Source: a virus. From it: a stretch of 64,000 nucleotides of DNA. Below, in pieces: positions 21,401 to 29,115 of the stretch. A model generated the notes under the pieces. The model searched no databases, was not told the origin of the DNA, and saw only the letters and a list, made by a program, of their open reading frames with translations. Both the position numbers and the translations under genes were made by a program. The stretch covers positions 9,908 through 73,907 of IMG/VR virus record IMGVR_UViG_3300042557_000330. The stretch is one strand, 5' to 3'. The first letter of the stretch is position 1; each line of letters opens with the position of its first letter.

Positions 21401-24400
21401 ATATATCTGGATTACTTGCAGCAGTAGTAATTGTATCGTTAACAGTTAGATCTACAGCAATGTTACCATCAGCATCTAATGTTCCTGTAAACTCAACAGG
21501 ACCACTTGCAAACTGATATGTTTGTGGTGTCTTACCATCCATCACATATTCTCCAATAGCATTACCAACAACTGGTTTAGCAACAACTGCTGCTTTTACT
21601 ACAGGAGCAGGTTTAATAAGTGGAAGATCATAATCGATCAATGTAGCATACTTCTGCATGAAAGAGTAAGGAACACTTTCTGTAGGAGCAGCCACTTTAG
21701 TTGTAAGTGGTGTGTTCTCACTAGTGCGTGAAGCTTTACCATCAGGCATTTTTGATGATAACAAATATGATTGATAGTTTTTCCAAACTCTAGCTACAAG
21801 TTCTCCTTTAGCATTTGTATCTCCTGTATACTCATAGAACTTACTACTAACATCTTTTATAGTTTTACTATTGATGCTATGATATGTATCACTAAGTTGT
21901 TTTACCATCTCAGCTTCTTTATTCTCAATATCTACAATAGGATAGTTTACACCACCTAAAGAAATAGTTCTTTTGTTTGTATCAATAAAGAATTGGTTAC
22001 CAGATGTTTGTGCACTCTTACGTAAGTATAAAACATTCTGTAAGTAAGTTAGATAGTTTACATTTATATCTAACGGTTTACCAGATACAGATTTTTCTTT
22101 GATATCATTAGCTAAAGCTTTGATCACTTGATACAATGAGTTAGCTTTCTCTTTACCTAATATAGTATTGTTTAATACTTCTAACGTATCATCATATTGT
22201 AGAATAGGTATTCCTTTTTGTTTGAATGATATATTCTTTCCTTTATGAGAAACAAACCCAGCAGTGTTTATTTGAAGAAGTCCTGCTTGAGAAGATATTC
22301 TGTTTTCAGGAATCAATATTCCACCAACTTGATTTCTTTCATAACGACCATTAACTTTATTAATAATAGGTAATCCTCTAGAAACATTAATCTGGTACAC
22401 TTTATATTGACCGTTGCTGTTTGCAAATAAATTAGCTCTCTCTTGTCTCCAACCATTAGCTGCAGACTCAAGGTTTTCTTTTTCACCTTGTCTGTATCTA
22501 GGAACTCTTTGTCCAGTTTTAGGATCTGTATAGTTGTAATAAAGATCTGTTGTAGGCATAGCTTGGAAGATAGCTTGATTGATATCAATCTGTGTACCCA
22601 CTTCACCAATTCTATTTCCATCTTTATCTACAAAGAATGTTTTACCATTCTCATGTTCTACAAATACTTGTGCAACAAATCCAGTATCAACATCGTTGAT
22701 TTTATCTTCTGCAGTGGTAGGTCTACCAAACTGTAAGTCTGTAAGTCCTTCTAATCCTAATGCTGCTTGATTGTTTGGTGTAACTAGTATTGCACCTATG
22801 TTACGTACATTTTTAAAGTTCTTAACGTTGTTTAAAAACTGTCTAGCGTTCTTAACATGTTGAGGTGCATTAGCACGATTCTGATCATTCTCAGATTCAC
22901 TTGTACCTGATATATAGAAATCTTTCCAACTCTTTAAATAACTCTCATCATCTTTTACTATCTCTTCTGCTGTAGTAGTTTCTGTAGGTGCAGGCGTAGC
23001 AATCTCACCAGAGTTAAGTTCTACCTTATCCTGTTCTCTATCTATCTCATTCTTAGTAGCAAGTAATGCTTGCTCTTCTTTTTCTATAGCAGCATTCTTT
23101 TCTTTTACAGACTTGTATGTTTCATCTATGTTGTTTGTTATAACAGCAATAGTTTCTTCTAATAATGTTTCGTTATTAGTGCCAAACAATCTTCTGAAGA
23201 ATGTTTTTAATGAATTAACAAATGCTTCCCATGTAGAAGTCTTTGTACCTTTATATGGAATAGTTTGTAGATATCTTTGAAACTCTCTATTAGATAAAGC
23301 TTCTGTTGCAAACTCATATATGTTTTTGAATGCGTAATATTCACCATCTTTAATCAATCCAGCTTCAGCATATTTGTTAGGATCATTCTTAAATGTTTCT
23401 TTTACAAATTGAAACAATGGTTCTAGTTCTTTATAGAACTGTCCGTTTGTATCGGACAATGCATATGTAGTTAAGTCATGTCCTATCTCATGTAACAATA
23501 CATGTTCTAAAACCATACTCCCAGTGTTTTCATAATCTGAAGCAACAGCTTCATAATTAATTCTACTTATTGCTGAGTTAGCATCTGCTCCACGTTGAGA
23601 AACTCCAGGTGTAGATAATGTTCTATCACCTAATATAATTTTACTATCTCTACTAGTAAAGTTTAAGAAAGCTGATGCTAATTGTTTTTCAAGAGTAGTA
23701 GCATAAGGTGAGTTAGCAATCTTTTCTAACACTTCATACTTACTCTTCTCCCCTTCACCATATTGATTTACAATATCTTCGTAAGTTCTTTTATCTGATT
23801 TAAATTTATTTCTACTCTTAGAAAAGTATTGTGAGTTATTTTTATCAGCAGGAGTAGTTCTAGTCTTCTTTCCTTCTGGTGTGAATTCTTTTTTCTCTCC
23901 AGTAGATGTATAGTTTTGAGGATTAGCTAAAAGATCTTTATACTCATTAACATAATATTTTCTTCTTTGAGAAAGTTCTATTACATCTTTGAGTCCTTGT
24001 TTTGTATTATCTTTATTAATTACATTACTAAAACTATCTGATTCATCTATTTCATATAACTGTTTAGCAAGTGCTACTGATGTATCATTAGATAATTCAG
24101 AGTCTATTATTTCTTGTACGTTGATATTTGATTTTAATAAATCTAAAGATAATTCAGGAATACGTTTATCGTAATCTATAATTTTTGTTGCAGTGTATGA
24201 AAGTTTTTCAATTACATCATCAGAGTACTTTCTAAAAACTTGTCCAGTATCTTCATCTGTAAAAGTTTCTGAACCATATGTAGTATTTAATTGTTCGTAA
24301 ACATCATCAAGATTGTTTACAAAAGTTTCTATCTCTGTTAATCTATCAAGAAATTGTTGTTTCTGATCATTAATGTTTCCCATTCCCTCTTCTTGAAGAT

Positions 24401-26225
24401 TAGCAAAACCATCTTCGCTAGAAAGAACTTCTTTTTTCATTTCATTTATCTCATCAATCACAAGATCTTTTCTTCCATATTTAATTTTATGCATTGCATA
24501 ATTAAACATGAGATCAGTTTTCAAATCTTTTGATTCAAGAATATCATTTTGCAAAGCAGCATCTTGTTGTTCTTGTTGTAATACAACCCCTCTATTTACA
24601 GTTTTCATTCTATCAATAAGAACATCTTTCAATAAAGGTGCTTTCTCTGAAGCTTCTATAAGTTTTTCTGTATTACTTTTTCTAATTTTATCTTGTTTAT
24701 AGTTTCCATAAGCTTGCATTCCTCCTCCAGTAATACCTCCAAGAATACCACTTTCTATACCTTCTTTTGAAACTAATGCACCAACTCCTTCACCTTTTTC
24801 ATCTCTTCCATATAATCCATAGCTATACACTGTAGATGATAAAAAGGCATCAACCCAATCTTCTGCTGCAGTTGTTCTATTAGCTTTTTCAAAATAGTTA
24901 GATGCTCCAACTTCAAGAGCGTATTGACCAATTTCTTGACCTGCCTCTTTAGGATCAAAAACATATGTTCCAACTTTCTTAGCACCCTTATATAATTTAT
25001 TAAACCTAGTTGGAGAAGGAGCAGCCTCTGTTAATTTCCCTCCTGTTCTAATAACATCATCTGTACTATTTCTAATAGCAGCTCTTGTATTTTTCCAAGA
25101 AGAACCTGCCAAGTAAGGAAGCTGTACATATTCTGTAACACCTAATAATGCAAGGTTACCAAAGAAAGAAGTTTTACCAAATTCTCTAACTGTATTTTCT
25201 ATATTTTCTAAATCCTGTCCTGATGGTTCTTTACCATTTTCATTAACATATTCTTCTATCAATTTTTCTTTTAATTGATTTCCTCCAAGAAGTGCTTCCA
25301 TAGAAGCTTCTCCTGTCGAAGAATATAAAGCAACAAGCCCTCTTCTTCCAGTATCTCCAAATTTAGCAAATTGCGAAGAAGTATTCATTATTTTAGCTAT
25401 CTCACTAGTTCGTCTTGCTGTATCAGCAATAGAAGAAAGTTCAGAAGTCAAAATACCTGCAGCTTCAATATTTTTTCCTCTAGAAAAAGCTCTTGATGTA
25501 TTTCTTAATAGTGGAGTGAATAGTTTAAATGCTTGAGACATTTGTGATCTAGTTGCTAAAGATGCAGCAGTTCCACCAATAGCAGTACCTGCTCTACTTA
25601 ACAATCCATTAGCAATATTACCACCAACCATTGCCCCTACAGCATATCCTGAATTTTTTATAAGTTTGTCAAATAAAAAATTAGAAGTCATCCAGTTATC
25701 CTTTTCCCACCACTGTGCATTCTGTTCTCTTTGTGTATAAAAGTTTGGAAGAAACTCAGCATCTACTTTTTCATTCCAAGCTTGTAATTCTTGATTTACA
25801 GAGTTATTAAATATTTTAGTAGCATCTCCATTAATCATAGCTGAACCTAATCCATACAATGTACCAAATCCTCCTGCAACAGTTGTTGCTGCAAGATTTA
25901 ATCCTTTAACTGTACCATTAAATGCTTTTTCATACCACTCTTGATTTTGAGCATATGCTTCTTCCCAATCATCACCAGGTCTTGTTCCTCTTGAATATCT
26001 AGAATCTCTAGAAAAAGAAGAAAGAGGGATGGCTGAAATTTTAGTATCAGGAGTATTGTTTAATAAGCTTTTAAACAAATCCATAGGATCTGTGTTTTCT
26101 TGAGTCCCTTGACTTAAATTTGGAAATGGGACATTTGGTGTTTTAGGAAGTCCTAAAGCAACAGCTGGTCTATTTATAAAGTTTTCAGTAGATGGATTTG
26201 TATTTTCAAAAGGATTATTTTCCAT
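12483..26225 (-). CDS. Virion-packaged DNA-dependent RNA polymerase polyprotein (4580 aa; phi14:2 gp66-like core) with two HExxH zincin domains and C-terminal ASCH-like and NADAR domains
   Basis: Catalytic FRIPTQ...GSDFDIDKL (DFDID at 16164-16178), characteristic of crAss-like RNAPs; HEIGH 23478-23492; HELFH 20244-20258; NADAR motifs LSNF...TVEGAYQAYK...QNP...LLATG...LLMEVRE. Confidence 0.88.
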   Translation of the reverse strand: MENNPFENTNPSTENFINRPAVALGLPKTPNVPFPNLSQGTQENTDPMDLFKSLLNNTPDTKISAIPLSSFSRDSRYSRGTRPGDDWEEAYAQNQEWYEKAFNGTVKGLNLAATTVAGGFGTLYGLGSAMINGDATKIFNNSVNQELQAWNEKVDAEFLPNFYTQREQNAQWWEKDNWMTSNFLFDKLIKNSGYAVGAMVGGNIANGLLSRAGTAIGGTAASLATRSQMSQAFKLFTPLLRNTSRAFSRGKNIEAAGILTSELSSIADTARRTSEIAKIMNTSSQFAKFGDTGRRGLVALYSSTGEASMEALLGGNQLKEKLIEEYVNENGKEPSGQDLENIENTVREFGKTSFFGNLALLGVTEYVQLPYLAGSSWKNTRAAIRNSTDDVIRTGGKLTEAAPSPTRFNKLYKGAKKVGTYVFDPKEAGQEIGQYALEVGASNYFEKANRTTAAEDWVDAFLSSTVYSYGLYGRDEKGEGVGALVSKEGIESGILGGITGGGMQAYGNYKQDKIRKSNTEKLIEASEKAPLLKDVLIDRMKTVNRGVVLQQEQQDAALQNDILESKDLKTDLMFNYAMHKIKYGRKDLVIDEINEMKKEVLSSEDGFANLQEEGMGNINDQKQQFLDRLTEIETFVNNLDDVYEQLNTTYGSETFTDEDTGQVFRKYSDDVIEKLSYTATKIIDYDKRIPELSLDLLKSNINVQEIIDSELSNDTSVALAKQLYEIDESDSFSNVINKDNTKQGLKDVIELSQRRKYYVNEYKDLLANPQNYTSTGEKKEFTPEGKKTRTTPADKNNSQYFSKSRNKFKSDKRTYEDIVNQYGEGEKSKYEVLEKIANSPYATTLEKQLASAFLNFTSRDSKIILGDRTLSTPGVSQRGADANSAISRINYEAVASDYENTGSMVLEHVLLHEIGHDLTTYALSDTNGQFYKELEPLFQFVKETFKNDPNKYAEAGLIKDGEYYAFKNIYEFATEALSNREFQRYLQTIPYKGTKTSTWEAFVNSLKTFFRRLFGTNNETLLEETIAVITNNIDETYKSVKEKNAAIEKEEQALLATKNEIDREQDKVELNSGEIATPAPTETTTAEEIVKDDESYLKSWKDFYISGTSESENDQNRANAPQHVKNARQFLNNVKNFKNVRNIGAILVTPNNQAALGLEGLTDLQFGRPTTAEDKINDVDTGFVAQVFVEHENGKTFFVDKDGNRIGEVGTQIDINQAIFQAMPTTDLYYNYTDPKTGQRVPRYRQGEKENLESAANGWRQERANLFANSNGQYKVYQINVSRGLPIINKVNGRYERNQVGGILIPENRISSQAGLLQINTAGFVSHKGKNISFKQKGIPILQYDDTLEVLNNTILGKEKANSLYQVIKALANDIKEKSVSGKPLDINVNYLTYLQNVLYLRKSAQTSGNQFFIDTNKRTISLGGVNYPIVDIENKEAEMVKQLSDTYHSINSKTIKDVSSKFYEYTGDTNAKGELVARVWKNYQSYLLSSKMPDGKASRTSENTPLTTKVAAPTESVPYSFMQKYATLIDYDLPLIKPAPVVKAAVVAKPVVGNAIGEYVMDGKTPQTYQFASGPVEFTGTLDADGNIAVDLTVNDTITTAASNPDILNTVDTVLQSIDKYDPEASDEQRVVTFVGDKLIAALKEIQNTQQVEEAPVVEEDNVLKINQTEKGDVRIPTEEGSRRVYINSPEFKEVVEQLSGEQIEKWKNWLKGELADIPNRIEKETKRSSKDYQGSNAGLKAIRQTEQDYKNTLAALEQPTDKKADIEITNDTSDKSYVNPSKVKDLNEILKSKITTNPHRNGFKFKIINNQIEFTGTIDFENGNFTPIKGFIPNTIAKDYIDAILEKDKAIAEWNKLGMTHGKEDYLRGVDAFVAVKRRELSEKILNKLKENAELSALETGEKTDNIDVADTEFPQDDYMRVGPSVEEAMTNEELEILKTFQAENLPGVPLEVLNDLVDTFDGEKAFGVYVDGVAKFYKAGPRTVGYHELFHPIWQHFLSPDERTALEEEFRNKAGQFIDRASGKKINYADATDEQIEERYADDFGEFKVGKLPARSLSELVLRFFRRIINFFKANNSNPSLAKELFEAIDAGKYKEFTISEAQKKGPPTYSRIPGITETQASEYAQDMFARAAQFIFGDNKKYIYDLQQITGAQIYNQIKQAYINEKKYEQLGEERFNALFAQAKQLLRTIGVNFNEEDLVDINDENVTSVGYSQEAFTTDWKKTSPFAIKFVAATLPEVMPTNQQNATSLNLPQRAFSSVKGYKVANFSRVFATLLDKISNTTSIGKAVNKLVDLAKYDATYVRFFQRVGGDLDTGTIPFEQFKAEDWRLFINFYQAFTKQKPNALVQYVVGTEVYTAPANQFTITKQVEQDWFSQMRALAKTREGLVRFNSETKTYQVNADSPLFPKTLPKTPEEMINFLKDLGITFTMADYLRLKSQPQSGEQTSQRQQFGDAVGEIYNYLPQAKDIGTLDGKTLKINKQVSKLASLQVKVDNPNQENTLIGVEGNKKQVYSDNNAPSVFENVFNDSQTIEDLKKARPELNDVFSKNAITFKKGGLFFNDLGDRFKMIKVSYIEGKKSIDSNKGTTTSKLTEGQRCTQEINQNLNGDYYILIPADGSTEWMMNLGNYISYTNVVGGRAMDEIHEIFRGYLDDDIALARDWKSRRSLENVGAKAKELRFFKEILEDYAPKQLEELNIMIDDAAATDAEFEDYISKNIDAINTAIDKTLQDLVNGTRDILLNYGEIVSAVKKSNDAENMYSYAGLDSGFVMKEGINKLKMTETQLNNTLMFVNANNYINNIEFHKILFGDPYQFKIKNGQLDATKRYKSFYSPRRTTFNSAEYNTFLNSQNEVDGIQLTPEDYGYHDNKDYATTVTLKDVELDTDNYTGVNEADAISLMSDVAYREVKNKNGQWSENAEAWHQWQMALTRYALSNKGVYKYTNKQLKASDEKRLLEEEPEYVIDITKPIVSGSQFNENQIKLVLDKTSQMPLYYSAVQGTNLEKLYIKMFNEKIDYVIMESGRKVGIEKTHSLYNQDGSFNDAPFAPDTQVLVPWSINGIQVETAYEGGTEQTRGSQPTKIVTMDMFDNGEETIEGAKEAFEEYNKALKDLDDNAYVELLSKFGVEDLGVGQFELLDPSIIAKTLENEMFRRKLSNNAKETIQLDENGQQRIPYESSPAYKQIKDIIYSMINKSLVSPKMNGGGYTQAAVTGWESAEQGRGIAIKEKDGYRKLSKEEFEALPADQKSKVVLTSDRLHFPTKEDPYLEVMLPNWMKKSLKGKFKNNADLIRELNRPENQGILRGIAFRIPTQSMSSMNAIRVVGFLPDYMGKTVIVPSEITSQAGSDFDIDKLNMYLKSVYVDENGRLHAVDYKGSEKATKDFYGKVYDGTIKKSIEKISNNDEFRAQLLDVLNAFEQTDIVVSKEQRLFYKNHEDIINEIISQADGLDVLPSEYMTNQIDALAKKTERLNSELLNKEMKDKYVKNMYKKALENRYFDAFEKLITLPGNFQNLITPVDDAGLKDISIELDRMRNNTDEKIKNRIINRNYLTRLRHAFLTGKRWIGIAAVNITGHALAQRMKLVMDIDKVANFLPDADRFFLGDRKINLPHNTTNIDGKEYTSLSGTKTADGSDKFISNRLSGYATSVVDIAKDPYIMKIVKSDSAISTFMFLERIGAGQNAIWFMNQPIVMEYLSSLESKGSKFLYNTKNINATRAKFGLSKVGSKYAKEEVYNVDSLKSNIETYANNKNKMLSEVQNREQGAILTDFLKYSKMAEYSFKFTQATNYDTTKFKNSDVFNRKSTKTDIARDLNIFTSIDELLDSSSIGNQKRLIDLAMKAVGSIVKLEQERFVDITNKVLNSFEKQDFIGDDDFSKIASKAKASFLDFIIQTKSGLNSRILELTTGDNSIAEQLAKAKVKYPGMKLLQDLVPESSKKVDGAQTIKLKVNLKEAYDENLYVEMMRELRELDPELYNNIVKVALLQGTYQSPLSINNIIPLEDYSKEIKPIIDGLIDNADTEYFANGGMFQKNNFKDEQIVPTITPRFTFPRDENFEEIEIILGEDPFGNDVYQYQTEMFETKFDDAENKRLVLTLSPMFDMGNGANSDFVKVPRVFVNKKGENVDLITGKTISSQAMKAMRMQGNTSLTDYYGYQKVKYSNGQPLLNFEGRYVYKLVNLLGDGNIVSEYYLDGRPSVLNNGTIKIDQELSDAKIIGYFDGNITEDVVSLPTEEVVESTSNQVVASVPQNKVSGVESYGSLVSANDEAIELLGPNPHSIDMIEAGVRTRTTRSDSEMKKYSVNVGDVIQNFGKSADGTTKTINARVTAIHPKGSEGWKGTWAKEGWRAEDVNVIDRFKDGAAAIEFEVITPKEEVVSLPTEVIAEPTQTFSGEKINIYAGTGENAELSNFANRPFKEDGDLSELYKDITGNVLVFNTVEGAYQAYKIFYSEKYSNEEKINLLNKFSKSTGSQAKQLGQTIEGLEIKDWNNNNSEIMKALLKNSFEQNPTALQKLLATGNATLTHTQDKGKWGTEFPRLLMEVREELRPEQVEQPGEQLDLFEQEDDSWKEENNDDSCVPF
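13082..13554. repeat. 29-nt direct repeat (13082-13110 and 13526-13554, 27/29 identical) flanking the ASCH-like domain
   Basis: cttctgtAggtaaagatacaacTtcttct vs cttctgtTggtaaagatacaacAtcttct; both encode E(D/E)VVSLPTE. Confidence 0.9.
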
Positions 26226-26236
26226 AAATAAAATAA

Positions 26237-29026
26237 TTAATATTTATTTAGTAATTGCTCTAGTACTGGAGGTGAAACATAAGAAGGTAATACCTCTCTC
26301 ATTAATTTTCCTAAGTTAGCATCAGATGCTTCTATAGGAATAACTTTATCAACTTTTCCATTGTTGATATATATGTAGGGATAATATTTATTTCGAGATT
26401 TTTTAAAATTAACTTTCACAACATAGTTTGTTCCTGTTAAGAAAGGAAAATCTGTATTATCCATAGGAGCAGACTCTTGTCTATATGTTGATGTTTTATT
26501 TATATCACCATAAGAACTCTTTCCATTATTTGAGTTAATAAGACTCTCTGTTGCAAGCACTACTTCATCATCATAGATTGAACTAGGATTTACTCCAAAT
26601 TTCTGAGACTCTTGAGAATTTAAATATAACTTATTATCTCCAATCTGTATAAATGGTGTAGGAGTTCCAGAAGCATCTTTCTCAACTCCTTTAATTATAT
26701 TTGCAGAACGAAGCTCTTGGAAGTTTTTAATGGCTTTTATCCCATTAATAACCTCATCAGCATTCTGTCCAATAGCATTTTTATTTTTAGAATAAGTATT
26801 TGCAATACCTCTCAAGTTCTCAAGAAGAATTTTGTCACTCTTATCATCTCCTGTTGTAAAAGATCCTGATACATTAGGTACTACAGATCTATATTTTCTT
26901 ATTGATGATGCAATTTTTTCACTATCATCTTTAAAACTATCATTAGTTATGCTATCATAGAATTTATAAATATCTCTGAATCCAGAATCTTTTACATAGT
27001 ATGGAGTCATGAAACCAACAGTGTTAATTCTTCCATACTTATTTAAGTCTTCTTGTATTTTTTTATCTAGAATTTTTCTTTTCTCTTTTGAAGGAGTAAA
27101 ACTTGATATCCAGTTTTCTACAAGCTCACCTTTACCACTTCTTTCAAGTCTAGATTTTGCTGCTTGATATCTTGTGTTAAAAACTTTTGCTTCTTCTGTA
27201 CCTATTATTTTTGCTTTCCAATCTTTATCTTCATATTTTCCTATGATAGCTAGATCTATAGCATCTCTTTTTGTTAATGTATATGTTCTGTCTCCAATAC
27301 GAATGTTCTTTTCTTGAAAAGGAATACTGTTCATTTTTTCAAGAAAAGTTCCATCTGAATTTTCTTGTACATTTTTATCAATGGTTGATTGTATTTTCCA
27401 ATTCTTATTAGCTTCATCATATGAATTAAGCTGATCGTATAAAGCAGGATTTTGTTTTTTCAACTGCATTCTTGCTTGTGGAGTGTTGTATGAACCTTGT
27501 ACTCTTGAAGTTAATGATAAAACATAATCATCATATGATTTACCTTTTGACTTAGCTGTAACCTTTAATATATTTTCAATAGCTTGTGTTCTTGTAATAG
27601 GAGCACCGTTGTATTGTTTTTTCATTTCACTAGATAATCTTGCTTCATTTCCAGATGCAAAAACAGATTGCCATATCAACTCTAATTGATTATTTTTCAT
27701 ATTTAAAGCAGCGTCCTCAACTTGATTAGTGTGATACATAATATCATTAAAATCTTGAGATTCAGAATCTTGATTTAATTCTGGAGTCATTATGTCTGCA
27801 GCAGCACCTACTTTGAGCTTGGCTTTTTCTAATTCAGTTTTTTGATCAATAACCTTAAATCTTTCTTTTTGCTCATACTCTTGTTTGAATTGCCATCTTT
27901 CTCTAGCTTCTCTTTGAGAAAACTCATTGACTCTATTAGCTTCTTGTTGTAATTTAAAATTAGCCTCCCAATCAGGGTTAGCCATTTTTTCTTTACTTGT
28001 CTTAGAAACATCAAACATTGCTGTATAGTTATCTTTAGTTTTATTTTTGTATAAAGAAGCTCTAATAGCATTTGGGTTAGAAGAAAGTATTTCTCCTGTT
28101 TGTGCAAGATTTTCTCCAAGTTTAGAAATAGATAATTCTGTATTTGTTATTTGTTCTTTTATCTCATCACTATTTGGATCTAGTTGTAATTGTATATTCA
28201 ACTCATCCAATTTATCTTCATACTTTTCTTTAATCTTATTTGCTTCAGATGTTACAGAGATGGCAAGTTGATCAGGACTAACTCCTCTATAAGCATACTC
28301 ACCTGAGATGGTTAATTGTTGATTAACTCTTGGATCATTAAATATTTGATCAATTGCTGCTTCTAGTTTACCAGGTAAATATCCTTCTTCTTTAATTCTT
28401 GTCATTGCAGGACTTAAAACAAGATTTCCTTTTGCATCTGTAACATACTTACCATCTGGCCCTTTTTGATAAATCTCATCAAAACTAAAGTTATCTATTT
28501 TCAATCCATCAATTGTTTCTTTTGCATGTTTCAATACATCAAAATAAGGAACATATCTAGCATTGTATGATTGTTTTAGATCTGTGCTATTTGTCCACTC
28601 ACTATCTCTTGTTGTAAAATAAGCTTGATTCTCTGGTGTAAGTTCACCTTTCTTACGAGCTTCTTCCATAAACTCGTATTCTTTTCTTCTTCTAGCAGAA
28701 GAGCTTACAGCATTTTGTACATTAGGATCTTTGATTATTTGATTAGTCATCCCACTTACAGAATTGACTAATTGGAAATTAGAGAAATCTCCAGCAGCTA
28801 CTGTTCTAAGATCATTACCAAGTTGATTAAGCTTAGATTGTAGATATGCCTTATCTACATCTCTAGCTACATCTAATCCAGCAATGTTATCAATACTAGT
28901 TTGTATTTTTTGTATACCCTCATCATATTGCTTCTGTTTCTGCATACCTACTTGAACCATTGCCTCTACAGGCAATTGTTGTACGTAAGGATTAAATTGA
29001 GGTATTGAGTCAGTGAAACTTGCCAT
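26237..29026 (-). CDS. Ejected/internal virion (cargo) protein, 929 aa
   Basis: Helical Q/K/E-rich protein with N-terminal FNPYVQQLP; syntenic position immediately upstream of the RNAP in crAss-like phages. Confidence 0.6.
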   Translation of the reverse strand: MASFTDSIPQFNPYVQQLPVEAMVQVGMQKQKQYDEGIQKIQTSIDNIAGLDVARDVDKAYLQSKLNQLGNDLRTVAAGDFSNFQLVNSVSGMTNQIIKDPNVQNAVSSSARRRKEYEFMEEARKKGELTPENQAYFTTRDSEWTNSTDLKQSYNARYVPYFDVLKHAKETIDGLKIDNFSFDEIYQKGPDGKYVTDAKGNLVLSPAMTRIKEEGYLPGKLEAAIDQIFNDPRVNQQLTISGEYAYRGVSPDQLAISVTSEANKIKEKYEDKLDELNIQLQLDPNSDEIKEQITNTELSISKLGENLAQTGEILSSNPNAIRASLYKNKTKDNYTAMFDVSKTSKEKMANPDWEANFKLQQEANRVNEFSQREARERWQFKQEYEQKERFKVIDQKTELEKAKLKVGAAADIMTPELNQDSESQDFNDIMYHTNQVEDAALNMKNNQLELIWQSVFASGNEARLSSEMKKQYNGAPITRTQAIENILKVTAKSKGKSYDDYVLSLTSRVQGSYNTPQARMQLKKQNPALYDQLNSYDEANKNWKIQSTIDKNVQENSDGTFLEKMNSIPFQEKNIRIGDRTYTLTKRDAIDLAIIGKYEDKDWKAKIIGTEEAKVFNTRYQAAKSRLERSGKGELVENWISSFTPSKEKRKILDKKIQEDLNKYGRINTVGFMTPYYVKDSGFRDIYKFYDSITNDSFKDDSEKIASSIRKYRSVVPNVSGSFTTGDDKSDKILLENLRGIANTYSKNKNAIGQNADEVINGIKAIKNFQELRSANIIKGVEKDASGTPTPFIQIGDNKLYLNSQESQKFGVNPSSIYDDEVVLATESLINSNNGKSSYGDINKTSTYRQESAPMDNTDFPFLTGTNYVVKVNFKKSRNKYYPYIYINNGKVDKVIPIEASDANLGKLMREVLPSYVSPPVLEQLLNKY

Positions 29027-29042
29027 AATATTTATTGATTAG

Positions 29043-29074
29043 CAAATGTAACAGAAATAATTATACTATACAAT
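29043..29074 (-). promoter_or_regulatory. Bacteroidota-type promoter (ATTG-N20-TACATTTG) upstream of the 929-aa/RNAP genes
   Basis: caaatgta at 29043-29050 in an intergenic gap; -33 candidate at 29071-29074. Confidence 0.55.
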
Positions 29075-29115
29075 ATAAATCTTTCATGCTACGTAAGTAT
29101 TTATAATTAATTTTA

